A stretch of 33,749 bases of DNA, taken from a virus. The notes below the pieces were generated by a model. The model was not told the DNA's origin and did no database searches. It saw only the letters and a program-made list of their open reading frames with translations. Location: IMG/VR virus record IMGVR_UViG_3300010389_000062; one strand, 5' to 3'. The translations under genes were made by a program, and so were the position numbers. Shown one piece after another: positions 1 through 7,825 of the stretch; position 1 is the first letter of the stretch; each line of letters starts with the position of its first letter.

Positions 1-55
1 CTCTTAACCGGCCTGCCTGGCACAGCACCCCCAAGGGCATTTAAGGAGCTTTTAA
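1..55. repeat. Terminal exact repeat, left copy (identical to 33695..33749). Either a circular-assembly overlap or a short terminal redundancy.
   Basis: The first 55 nt (ctcttaaccg...gagcttttaa) recur base-for-base as the last 55 nt of the window. Confidence 0.95.
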
Positions 56-86
56 GGAGCCCGGAGATTACCCTAGACTCCCTTAA
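41..86. promoter_or_regulatory. Candidate cosB-like small-terminase binding sites: TTAAGGAGC x2 direct, plus one inverted near-copy
   Basis: TTAAGGAGC lies at 41-49 and 52-60. The reverse complement of 78-86 is TTAAGGGAG. All three lie 20-65 nt upstream of the Nu1-like terS start, the position of the lambda R sites. Confidence 0.35.
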
Positions 87-104
87 GTGAGGCTCAGAGG
101 CTAG

Positions 105-638
105 TTGCTGATTACGTTCTCAGAGCTGGCAGTTCTTAAAGGCTGCAGTCCTGCGGCGGTCAGCTATGCCGTCAAGCACGGGCGCATCTCAGACGCCGTT
201 GTGGAAAAAGACGGGAAGCGGTGGCTTGACCGGGACCTGGCGCTTGAGCTGTGGAACAAGAACACCAGGGCGACCCACAACAGCAAGGTCAGCCGGCCTG
301 ACCCTGTGGAAAACAAGCCCAAGCCGGAGGATCTGCGGGAGCGGATCGACGCACTCCCTGACGATCAGATTCCAGGGCTGAACGACAGCAAGGCACGGCG
401 CGAGCACTACTTGGCGGAGAAGGCGAAGCTGGAGGTGCAGACCATGCAGGGCGACCTGGTGCCTGCTGCTGACGTCAAGGCCGCAGCATTCAAGAAAGCC
501 CGCACCGTCAGGGACAGCATGCTGGCCATCCCCGACCGGGTGGTCCCCACGCTGATCAGCATGACCGACACCAGGGCAGCGCATCAGTTGCTCACCGAAG
601 AGATCCGCACAGCACTGAGGAGCCTGGCTGATGGCTGA
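105..638 (+). CDS. terS: Terminase small subunit, lambda Nu1-like
   Basis: 177-aa ORF with a TTG start 4 nt after AGAGG. It has an N-terminal HTH-like segment (FSELAVLKGCSPAAVSYAVKHGRI) and a Nu1-like C-terminal segment (REHYLAEKAKLEVQTMQGDLVPAADV). Its stop overlaps the terL start (ATGGCTGA). Confidence 0.75.
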   Translation: MLITFSELAVLKGCSPAAVSYAVKHGRISDAVVEKDGKRWLDRDLALELWNKNTRATHNSKVSRPDPVENKPKPEDLRERIDALPDDQIPGLNDSKARREHYLAEKAKLEVQTMQGDLVPAADVKAAAFKKARTVRDSMLAIPDRVVPTLISMTDTRAAHQLLTEEIRTALRSLADG

Positions 639-2514
639 CGCATTCGAGCTCCACGACCTGGCATTCAGTGAGGGCTTGATGCCGGCCGATCCGATGACGG
701 TTGACCAGTGGGCCGATCGTCACCGCATCCTGTCCACCAAAGGCTCGGCGGAGCCCGGCCCGTGGCGCACCGATCGCACCCCCTACCTGCGGGAGCCGAT
801 GCAATGCCTGAGCCCCTCCAGCCCGTGGCGTCGTGTCGTGCTCATGTTCGGCAGCCAGATGGGGAAGACCGAGGTGGTGCTGAACTGGTTGGGATCGATC
901 ATCCACCTATGGCCAGCGCCGACCCTGCTGGTGCAGCCCACGCTCGATATGGCCAAGCGTCTGAACCGCCAGCGACTGGAGCCCCTGCTGCGCGAGACGC
1001 CTGTCCTGTCTGACCTGATCGCGCCCGCCAGGGCCAGGGACAGCGGCAACACCATGTTCCTGAAGGAGTTCCGTGGCGGCCTGTTTGTTCTCACCGGCGC
1101 GAACAGCGGCAGCGGCCTGCAGTCAATGCCTGCGGCCTACCTGCTGGCTGACGAGGTGTCGTCCTACCCGTTCGAGGCAGACGACAAGGGCGACCCCCTG
1201 GAGAACGCCGAAGCCAGGACGTCGACGTTCCCCATGGGGAAGGTGCTGATCACGAGCACACCCGGCACCCGAGGGATGTGCAGGATCACCAGTGAATACG
1301 AGACTCGATCAGATCGGCGACAGCTGGCGGTCTTGATGCCCTGCTGCGGATCACTTGAAGTGCTCCGCTGGCGGGAACACATGAAGTGGGACCGGCCCGA
1401 TGGTGAGGTGTTCGCGCAATGCCCGGCCTGTGGAGAACGCGTCAGCGAGCATCACAAAACCACGATGCTGGCCGGTGCCGTGTGGCAGGCGACTGCCAAG
1501 GGCGACGGCATCACCGCAGGATTCCACCTACCCGGGTGGTACGCCCCGGCCGGCTGGACCAGCTGGGCGCAGATCCGCGATGAGTTCCTGCGCGCCAAGG
1601 TCGACCCCCTGCTGCTCAAGGGCTGGGTGAACAAACGCGCAGCCGAGGCATGGGAGGATGAGGCTGTCGCTGTGATCAACGCCGAGGGCTTGATGGCCAG
1701 GGCACAGTCTGAGACGTTCTCGAGTGGCACCTGCCCCGAGGGCGTCGTCCTGCTGCTAATGGCCGTTGACACTCAGGACACCTGGCTGGAGACCACCGTC
1801 TGGGGCTTTGGCCGTGGGGAGGAGATGTGGCGGATCTGGCATCAGAAGGTGGAGGGCAGCCCGGCAGAGGCTGACGTCTGGGAACAGATCGACAGCATCA
1901 GGCACACGGAATGGCCGATGGAGGGCGGCGGCACGTTGACGGTCCGGCATTGTGGCGTTGACACCGGGGGCCACTTCACGCAGGAGGCCTATGAATACTG
2001 CAGACAGCGCTCCAGAGAGGGCGTCGTGGCCCTGAAGGGCAGCAAGAACAAGGCAGCGCCAGCTCTCGGCAAGGGATCCAAGGTGGACGTCAACGCCAGA
2101 GGGCAGACGATCAAGAAAGGCCTGACGCTGTATCAGGTGGGAGGCGACACCCTGAAGCGCACGATCTATGCGCGACTCAAGCGCGACTCCCCCGGCCCTG
2201 GAGCAATCCACCTGCCGAACGACGTAACCGAGGAGTACCTGCAGGGCCTGACCTGTGAGCGACTGGTGCCGAAGATGGTCAAAGGGTTTCAGGTGCTCGG
2301 TTGGGAGAACCCCTCGGGCGCCAGAAACGAACCGCTCGATCTCACCGTCTACAGCCTGGCGATCCTGGAGCTGGTCAAGCGCAGATACAACCGCGCGAGT
2401 CTTTGGTCGCAGTTGGAGGCGGCAGCAGAGGAGCGCAAGGCCGGACAAGCCAAGCCCAAGCCAAAACGGCGCAGATCAGAGCCCAGTGGGCCGGGATTTG
2501 TCACCGGGTGGTAA
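631..2514 (+). CDS. terL: Terminase large subunit, lambda gpA family
   Basis: 627 aa. gpA-type N-terminus (WADRHRILS..GPWRTDRTPYLREPMQCLS), Walker A-like MFGSQMGKTE, LLADEVSSYP, and a Cys4 ribbon (CCGS...CPACGERV). Confidence 0.93.
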   Translation: MADAFELHDLAFSEGLMPADPMTVDQWADRHRILSTKGSAEPGPWRTDRTPYLREPMQCLSPSSPWRRVVLMFGSQMGKTEVVLNWLGSIIHLWPAPTLLVQPTLDMAKRLNRQRLEPLLRETPVLSDLIAPARARDSGNTMFLKEFRGGLFVLTGANSGSGLQSMPAAYLLADEVSSYPFEADDKGDPLENAEARTSTFPMGKVLITSTPGTRGMCRITSEYETRSDRRQLAVLMPCCGSLEVLRWREHMKWDRPDGEVFAQCPACGERVSEHHKTTMLAGAVWQATAKGDGITAGFHLPGWYAPAGWTSWAQIRDEFLRAKVDPLLLKGWVNKRAAEAWEDEAVAVINAEGLMARAQSETFSSGTCPEGVVLLLMAVDTQDTWLETTVWGFGRGEEMWRIWHQKVEGSPAEADVWEQIDSIRHTEWPMEGGGTLTVRHCGVDTGGHFTQEAYEYCRQRSREGVVALKGSKNKAAPALGKGSKVDVNARGQTIKKGLTLYQVGGDTLKRTIYARLKRDSPGPGAIHLPNDVTEEYLQGLTCERLVPKMVKGFQVLGWENPSGARNEPLDLTVYSLAILELVKRRYNRASLWSQLEAAAEERKAGQAKPKPKRRRSEPSGPGFVTGW

Positions 2515-2538
2515 TGGCTATCATCCGGCCATGGAGGT

Positions 2539-3111
2539 GTGCTCGTGACTGTTCCCGCTTCAATCGTTGCCGGCAGCACCGTGACGTGGATCGAGCCACC
2601 TGCGCTTGTCACCGACTCCCCGGCCACGTCGGACGCCTGGACCCTGCAGGTTTCCTTCCGCACGAACACAGCAGGCGAGGGCGCGACTGTTGCCGGATCT
2701 GCTCGATCTGATGGCGGCTGGGACGTTGCCCTGTCAGCCACCACCACGGAATCCTGGGATGCTGGGACCTGGTATTGGCAGAAGCGAATCACAAGCGGCG
2801 CCGTGGTGGTGGTCACCGGCAGCGGAACCACGGAGGTGCTGCCGTCCCTGTCATTCACCGGCGACCCCACAGCATTTGATGGCCGCAGCCAAGCAGAGCA
2901 AGACCTCGACGCGGTTCAGGCTGCCATCAGGGCGATCGTCAGCAAGGGCGCGAAGCAATACTCGATCGGGAACCGCAGTTACACCAGCAACGACCTAGGC
3001 CTGCTGATGCAGCGCGAAGCGCAGCTCAAGGCGATCGTCGCCCGTGAACGAGCAGCAGAGAAGATCGCGCAGGGCCTGGGTGATCCCCGCAACGTCTTTG
3101 TGAGGTTCTGA
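2539..3111 (+). CDS. gpW-like head-tail joining domain fused to an N-terminal beta-rich domain
   Basis: It sits between terL and portal, as lambda W does. The C-terminal ~70 aa (AEQDLDAVQAAIRAIVSKGAKQYSIGNRSYTSNDLGLLMQREAQLKAIV) follow the gpW pattern. The N-terminal ~115 aa are T/S/G/W-rich. The start is GTG at 2539 or 2545, after GGAGG. Confidence 0.55.
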   Translation: MLVTVPASIVAGSTVTWIEPPALVTDSPATSDAWTLQVSFRTNTAGEGATVAGSARSDGGWDVALSATTTESWDAGTWYWQKRITSGAVVVVTGSGTTEVLPSLSFTGDPTAFDGRSQAEQDLDAVQAAIRAIVSKGAKQYSIGNRSYTSNDLGLLMQREAQLKAIVARERAAEKIAQGLGDPRNVFVRF

Positions 3112-4601
3112 TGGCCAGGAAAGCCGCATCCATGCCGGAGGCGCACACCCCGAAGCGCAGGCGAGCCTATGAGGGCGCACTGCAGTCCCGGCTGACTGCC
3201 AACTGGATCACCAGCAGCACCAGCGCAGACGCTGAGATTGACGGCAGCCTGGTACGGCTGCGGAACCGCTCACGGCAGCTTGTCCGTGATTCCCCCTACG
3301 CCCGCCAAGCCATCCGCGCGATCGGCGCGAACGTCGTCGGGCGCGGTATCAGGATGCAGGGCCGTGTGCGGATGCAGCGCGGCAACCGGCTGAACGAGCC
3401 GATCAACCGCCGCATCGAGGCAGCCTGGCAGACCTGGTGCAGGGCTGACCGCTGCCACGTCGCTGGCCGGCTGAGCATGGCCGAGATCCTGCGGCTGGCG
3501 ATCATGGCCGTTGCCGAATCCGGCGAGGTGTTCCTGCGGATCATTCCCGAACCGTTCGGGCGCAGCCGGATCCCCCTCGGCATCGAGATCATCGAGTCGG
3601 ATTACTGCGACGAGGGCAAGAGCTACGGCAAGGATGCCAACGGGAATCAGTGGCGCATGGGCGTCCAGGTCAACCGCTGGGGCCGGCCGATCAAATACGC
3701 CTTCCGCACAACGCACCCGGGCGACATTGCCAACGCTCGCGGCGGCGAAGTGATCGAGGTGCCTGCCGATCAGATCATCCATTTGTTCATCCCTGAGCGA
3801 CCCGGCCAGACCCGTGGCGCTCCATGGGTGGCCAGCGCAATCAAGCGACTCCACCACCTGGACGGCTACGAGGAGGCCGAGGTGGTCAGGGCCAGGGCCA
3901 ACAGCAGCCTTATGGGCTTCATCCAGTCACCCGAGGGCGAGCTCCAGGGCGATGAGGTGCTGGACGGCGACCAGGTGACTAGGTTCGAGCCTGGAGTCTT
4001 CAAATATCTGGCGCCCGGGGAAACCGTCAACGTTCCCCAGCTCGACGCCCCTGATGGGCAGTTCGAGCCATTTCTGCGTGGGATGCTCCGCTCCGTGGCC
4101 GCTGCGATCGGCTGTTCCTACGAGCTGATTTCAAAGGACTTCAGTCAAAGCAACTACAGCAGCAGCCGGCTGAGCCTGCTGGAGGACCGCGAGCAGTGGC
4201 GCATTCTCCAGGACTTCATGATCGAGCACCTACTGCAGCCGATCTATGAGCGTTGGCTGGCCGCTGCTGTTGGCGCTGGCCAGCTGCGGCTGCCCGACTA
4301 TGAGGCCATGCCGGAGCGCTACGAGGCCGTTCAGTGGTATCCGCGCGGATGGGCATGGGTGGATCCGCAGAAGGAAGTGCAGGCCTACCGCGATGCCGTC
4401 AGGGCTGGCTTCAAGACGCAGGCGCAGATCGTCGCTGAGAGCGGTGGTGACATCGAGGATCTGCTGATCGCCCGCGCCAATGAGGTCGACAGGGCCGAAC
4501 AGCTGGGCCTGCAGTTCGACACCAACCCGGCCGACGATCAGCAGGGCGGCGCACCAGACGCCACACCAGAGCAGCAACCTGACCCGACCACTGAGGACTG
4601 A
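3111..4601 (+). CDS. Portal protein, lambda gpB family
   Basis: 496 aa. The segments LTANWITSSTSADAEIDGSLVRLRNRSRQLVRDSPYARQAIRAIGANVVGRGI and SYELISKDFSQSNYSSSRLSLLE are typical of Phage_portal_2. TGATG coupling to the upstream gene. Confidence 0.9.
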   Translation: MARKAASMPEAHTPKRRRAYEGALQSRLTANWITSSTSADAEIDGSLVRLRNRSRQLVRDSPYARQAIRAIGANVVGRGIRMQGRVRMQRGNRLNEPINRRIEAAWQTWCRADRCHVAGRLSMAEILRLAIMAVAESGEVFLRIIPEPFGRSRIPLGIEIIESDYCDEGKSYGKDANGNQWRMGVQVNRWGRPIKYAFRTTHPGDIANARGGEVIEVPADQIIHLFIPERPGQTRGAPWVASAIKRLHHLDGYEEAEVVRARANSSLMGFIQSPEGELQGDEVLDGDQVTRFEPGVFKYLAPGETVNVPQLDAPDGQFEPFLRGMLRSVAAAIGCSYELISKDFSQSNYSSSRLSLLEDREQWRILQDFMIEHLLQPIYERWLAAAVGAGQLRLPDYEAMPERYEAVQWYPRGWAWVDPQKEVQAYRDAVRAGFKTQAQIVAESGGDIEDLLIARANEVDRAEQLGLQFDTNPADDQQGGAPDATPEQQPDPTTED

Positions 4602-6883
4602 TGGCCAACGTCAACGGCACCGAGATCAACCTGATGCCCACCGAGGGCATGAAGGCAGAAGCACGGCGCTATCGCGCGTGGAAGGAAGACGGCGAAGCTG
4701 GCGGCACCGACGTGGCATCCCGCAGGGCCAGCCAGATTCTCTCCGGCGATGAGCTCAGCCCCGACACGGTGATCACCATGGCGGCCTGGTTCGCCAGGCA
4801 TGAGGTGGACAAGCAAGGCGAAGGCTTCAGCCCAGACGAGGACGGTTACCCCTCACCCGGTCGAGTCGCGTGGGCAGCCTGGGGCGGTGATGCTGGCCAG
4901 ACCTGGAGCACCGCCAAAGGCGAGAGCATAAAGAAGGCGCGAGGCGAGCGCAGCGCAGAGAGCACTGAACCCCCAGCGGATAGCATGGCAGCAAAGGGTA
5001 TCCCTTCGACGATGGATCTACGCGACCTCAACTCCCAGCCCCTCTACCGCTCGGCGGTGGTGGCTGAGGTTGCGCGTGCTGATGAGGATCCCGAGGTGGT
5101 GGAATTCACATTCAGCAGCGAGCAGCCGGTTGAGAGGTACTTTGGGATGGAGGTGCTCAGCCACGACCCCGAGGCCATGAACATGAGCCGCCTGAACAGT
5201 GGGGCGGCGCCATGGCTGTGGAATCACAATGCTGAAGTCGTGCTAGGCGTCGTTGAGCGTGCCTGGATGGGTGACGATCGCCGCGGCCGTGTCCGCACCC
5301 GCTGGTCACCGAACACCAAGATCGAAGGAAGCGAAGAGTACAAGCGCCGCCAGGACTGGGAGAGCGGAACGATCAGGAACGTGAGCTTCATGTATTCGAT
5401 CGACGCACCGCTCGACACCACCAGCCGGGAAGGCATGGCACTGGTGACAGCCTTCACCCCGATGGAAGTCAGCGCCGTGTCAATCCCAGCCGACCACACG
5501 GTCGGCCAAGGCCGCAAGGCCACCAGCAGCTCGGGTCCGCCCGGCGCTGCAGCGGCCACGGTCGCACCCTTGACCCACAACAACAGCAACCACATGGACC
5601 CCTCCACCATCGACATGGAGGCAGTGCGGGCTCAGGCTGCGGCCGATGAGCGCACCCGCGTTGCCTCTATTACTTCCCTCTGCCGTGAGCACAAGGCAGA
5701 CGACCTGGCCCAGGGCCTGATCGAATCCGGTGCCTCTGAAGCTGACGCTATGCGCTCGGTTCTGGCCGAGATTGCCAAGCGTCCCCCTGCCCAGCTTGCA
5801 ACCCCTGCGGCTCCTGCCCGTTCTGCTCAGCCCATCGCCTCCGGTGGCGGTTCTGCTGACATCGGCCTGACCGAGAAAGAAGCTCGCAGCTTCAGCTTCG
5901 TGAAGGCGATCCGGGCGCAGATGATGCCCAACGATCGCGCTGCCTACGAGGCTGCCGCTTTCGAGCGCGAAGTCTCCGATGCCACCGCTCAGCGCATGGG
6001 CGTGACCCCTCGCGGCATCCTGGCCCCCAACGACGTACTGAGCCGCGACCTGACCGTCAGCAACGCCTCCAGCGCTGGCGATCTGGTGTTCACCGATGCT
6101 CGCCCCGGTAGCTTCATCGAGCTGCTGCGCAACCGCCTGGCGTTGAGCACCCTCGGCGTGACCATGCTCACCGGCCTGCAAGGCCCCGTGGCGATCCCCC
6201 GCCAGACCGGCGCCGCGACTGCCTACTGGGTGGCTGAAGGCGGTGACCCCACCGAATCCGAGCCCACCGTTGATCAGGTGAGCCTGGTGGCCAAGACCCT
6301 CGGCGCTTTCACCGAGTTCTCCCGCCGCCTGATGCTGCAGAGCTCCATCGACGTGGAGCAGATGGTCCGCACCGAGCTGGCCACTGTGATCGCCCTGGAG
6401 ATCGACCGCGCTGCACTGTATGGCCTGGGCTCCAGCAGCCAGCCTGAGGGCCTGAAGCTGGTCACCGGCATCAACACCGAGGACTTCAACGCCGACAACC
6501 CGACCTATGCCGAACTGGTGAGCATGGAGTCGAAGATTGCCGCTGACAACGCCGACATCGGCGCGATGTCCTACCTGACCAACAGCACCATCTACGGCGG
6601 CTTCAAGACCACCGAGAAAGCGGCCAGCACCGCTCAGTTCGTGCTTGAGCCCGGCGGCACCGTCAACGGCTACAACACCGTGCGCTCCAACCAGGTGGCC
6701 ACTGGTGATGTGTTCTTCGGAGTGTGGAGCCAGATGATCATGGGCATGTGGGGCGCTCTGGACATCCAGGTGAACCCCTACGCCAACGACAAGAGCGGCG
6801 GCGTGCGCGTCACTGCACTGCAGGATGTTGACGTGGCTGTGCGTCACCCCGAGGCCTTCTGCCGCGGCAACAACACCCTCTGA
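4601..6883 (+). CDS. Fusion polyprotein: conserved N-terminal module + HK97-family prohead protease + helical linker + HK97-fold major capsid protein
   Basis: 760 aa. The N-terminus carries ARRYRAWKEDGEAGGT...WFARHEVDK..GYPSPGRVAWAAWGGD. The protease core has WNHN (His) and VSFMYS (Ser). The C-terminal ~330 aa match the HK97 capsid pattern (FIELLRNRLALSTLGVTMLTG..., ...NPYANDKSGGVRVTAL). No separate scaffold or capsid gene is present. Confidence 0.9.
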   Translation: MANVNGTEINLMPTEGMKAEARRYRAWKEDGEAGGTDVASRRASQILSGDELSPDTVITMAAWFARHEVDKQGEGFSPDEDGYPSPGRVAWAAWGGDAGQTWSTAKGESIKKARGERSAESTEPPADSMAAKGIPSTMDLRDLNSQPLYRSAVVAEVARADEDPEVVEFTFSSEQPVERYFGMEVLSHDPEAMNMSRLNSGAAPWLWNHNAEVVLGVVERAWMGDDRRGRVRTRWSPNTKIEGSEEYKRRQDWESGTIRNVSFMYSIDAPLDTTSREGMALVTAFTPMEVSAVSIPADHTVGQGRKATSSSGPPGAAAATVAPLTHNNSNHMDPSTIDMEAVRAQAAADERTRVASITSLCREHKADDLAQGLIESGASEADAMRSVLAEIAKRPPAQLATPAAPARSAQPIASGGGSADIGLTEKEARSFSFVKAIRAQMMPNDRAAYEAAAFEREVSDATAQRMGVTPRGILAPNDVLSRDLTVSNASSAGDLVFTDARPGSFIELLRNRLALSTLGVTMLTGLQGPVAIPRQTGAATAYWVAEGGDPTESEPTVDQVSLVAKTLGAFTEFSRRLMLQSSIDVEQMVRTELATVIALEIDRAALYGLGSSSQPEGLKLVTGINTEDFNADNPTYAELVSMESKIAADNADIGAMSYLTNSTIYGGFKTTEKAASTAQFVLEPGGTVNGYNTVRSNQVATGDVFFGVWSQMIMGMWGALDIQVNPYANDKSGGVRVTALQDVDVAVRHPEAFCRGNNTL

Positions 6884-6889
6884 TGATCC

Positions 6890-7111
6890 ATGAGGCTTGA
6901 GATCCTACGCCAGACCTCCATCGCCGGCCAGCCCGCAAGGGTTGGCGACGTGGTGGAGGTGGACGGCCGCGACGCCCGGCTGCTGATTGGCAGCGGCAAG
7001 GCGAAGCCGGCCCCGGCAGCAGTCCCAGAGGTGCAGCCGCTGGCGGAGGATCCCGAGCCGATCAAACGCAAACCACGAACCCGTCGCTCCAAGATCCATG
7101 GCACTCCATGA
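6890..7111 (+). CDS. Hypothetical small head-module protein
   Basis: 73-aa ORF directly after the capsid gene. It has a GC3-rich frame and a basic C-terminus (KRKPRTRRSK). Confidence 0.55.
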   Translation: MRLEILRQTSIAGQPARVGDVVEVDGRDARLLIGSGKAKPAPAAVPEVQPLAEDPEPIKRKPRTRRSKIHGTP

Positions 7112-7475
7112 GCTCACGCTCGACAAGCTCGAGCACTTCACCCTCCTGGCCACCACGACTATCACCGCCACTGGCGATCAGACCGGCGTCGACCTGGCCG
7201 GCTACGAGGGCGATGTCCAGATCATCCTGTCTGGCACCGCTGCAGGCGCCGCCGCAGACCTGACCTTCCGCATTGAAGAGTCTGCCGACGACTCGACCTA
7301 CACCGCAGCCACCGGCGGCACCTTCACCGCGATCGGCAACGCTGCTTACAAGGAGGTGATCACCCTGAACAGCAACGACCTCAAGCGCTACATCCGCCTG
7401 AGCTGCACTGCTGAGACTGGCACCGCCAGCTCTGCCGTGACCTGCTTCGGCTTTGGCCTCAAGAAGTACGGCTGA
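7098..7475 (+). CDS. Hypothetical virion protein (possible head decoration/accessory protein)
   Basis: The ATG at 7098 (MALHELTLDK...) lies within track ORF 6987..7475. It is a 125-aa beta-rich T/A/G-rich protein with a 14-nt overlap with the upstream gene. The ORF upstream of 7098 reads as Arg/Pro junk. Confidence 0.6.
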   Translation: MALHELTLDKLEHFTLLATTTITATGDQTGVDLAGYEGDVQIILSGTAAGAAADLTFRIEESADDSTYTAATGGTFTAIGNAAYKEVITLNSNDLKRYIRLSCTAETGTASSAVTCFGFGLKKYG

Positions 7476-7825
7476 TGTTCACGGAAGACCTCTCGATCTT
7501 CCTTGACGACTTTGGCGTCAGCTGCACGGCTGGCGCCATTACTGCATTGGGCATTCTCGACATGCCGGGCGAGACGGTCGCCGGCGGCATGGTCGTCACC
7601 ACGGAGTACATGCTGACCGCGAAGGCGTCTGACTTTGGCGACCTGCTTTACGGCGATAGCATCACAGTGAACGGTGCCAACTACCAAGTGCGCGAGACGT
7701 TACTCCTGGACGACGGCAAGTTCTGCCAGATCGCGCTGTCGCTGATCGCAGCGGTGACACTGATCACCACGCTGTCAGGCCTGAGCATCACAACCCTGTC
7801 AGGCATATCGCTGCGAACGCAATGA
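7475..7825 (+). CDS. Head-tail attachment protein, lambda gpFII-like
   Basis: The pattern FLDDFGV..GILDMPGE..TTEYMLTAKASDF..LLYGDSITVNGANYQVRE..LDDGKFCQIAL parallels lambda FII (GVFDDPE...GDTLTI...FWV...DDGGSCHLWL). The C-terminal tandem TLSGLSIT/TLSGISL comes from a ctgtcaggc repeat at 7772-7803. Confidence 0.55.
   Translation: MFTEDLSIFLDDFGVSCTAGAITALGILDMPGETVAGGMVVTTEYMLTAKASDFGDLLYGDSITVNGANYQVRETLLLDDGKFCQIALSLIAAVTLITTLSGLSITTLSGISLRTQ

Noticed and set aside
41-60. The tandem TAAGGAG strings as Shine-Dalgarno sites for a hidden small ORF
   Set aside because: No ATG/GTG/TTG lies at a workable distance with an open frame downstream. They are better explained as repeated protein-binding sites in the cos/terS leader.
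1756-2448. 230-aa minus-strand ORF inside terL. The same applies to 7681..8394, 19856..20509, 31431..32096 and 15086..15571.
   Set aside because: All lie antisense to well-supported genes, lack coupled start/stop junctions, and have skewed Arg/Ala/Gly/His compositions.
5480-6847. 455-aa ORF on the minus strand, antisense to the capsid region
   Set aside because: The product is a Gly/Ala/His/Val-rich low-complexity sequence. The sense strand carries an unmistakable HK97 capsid/protease gene. Long antisense ORFs are expected opposite GC3-rich genes because stop codons are AT-rich.
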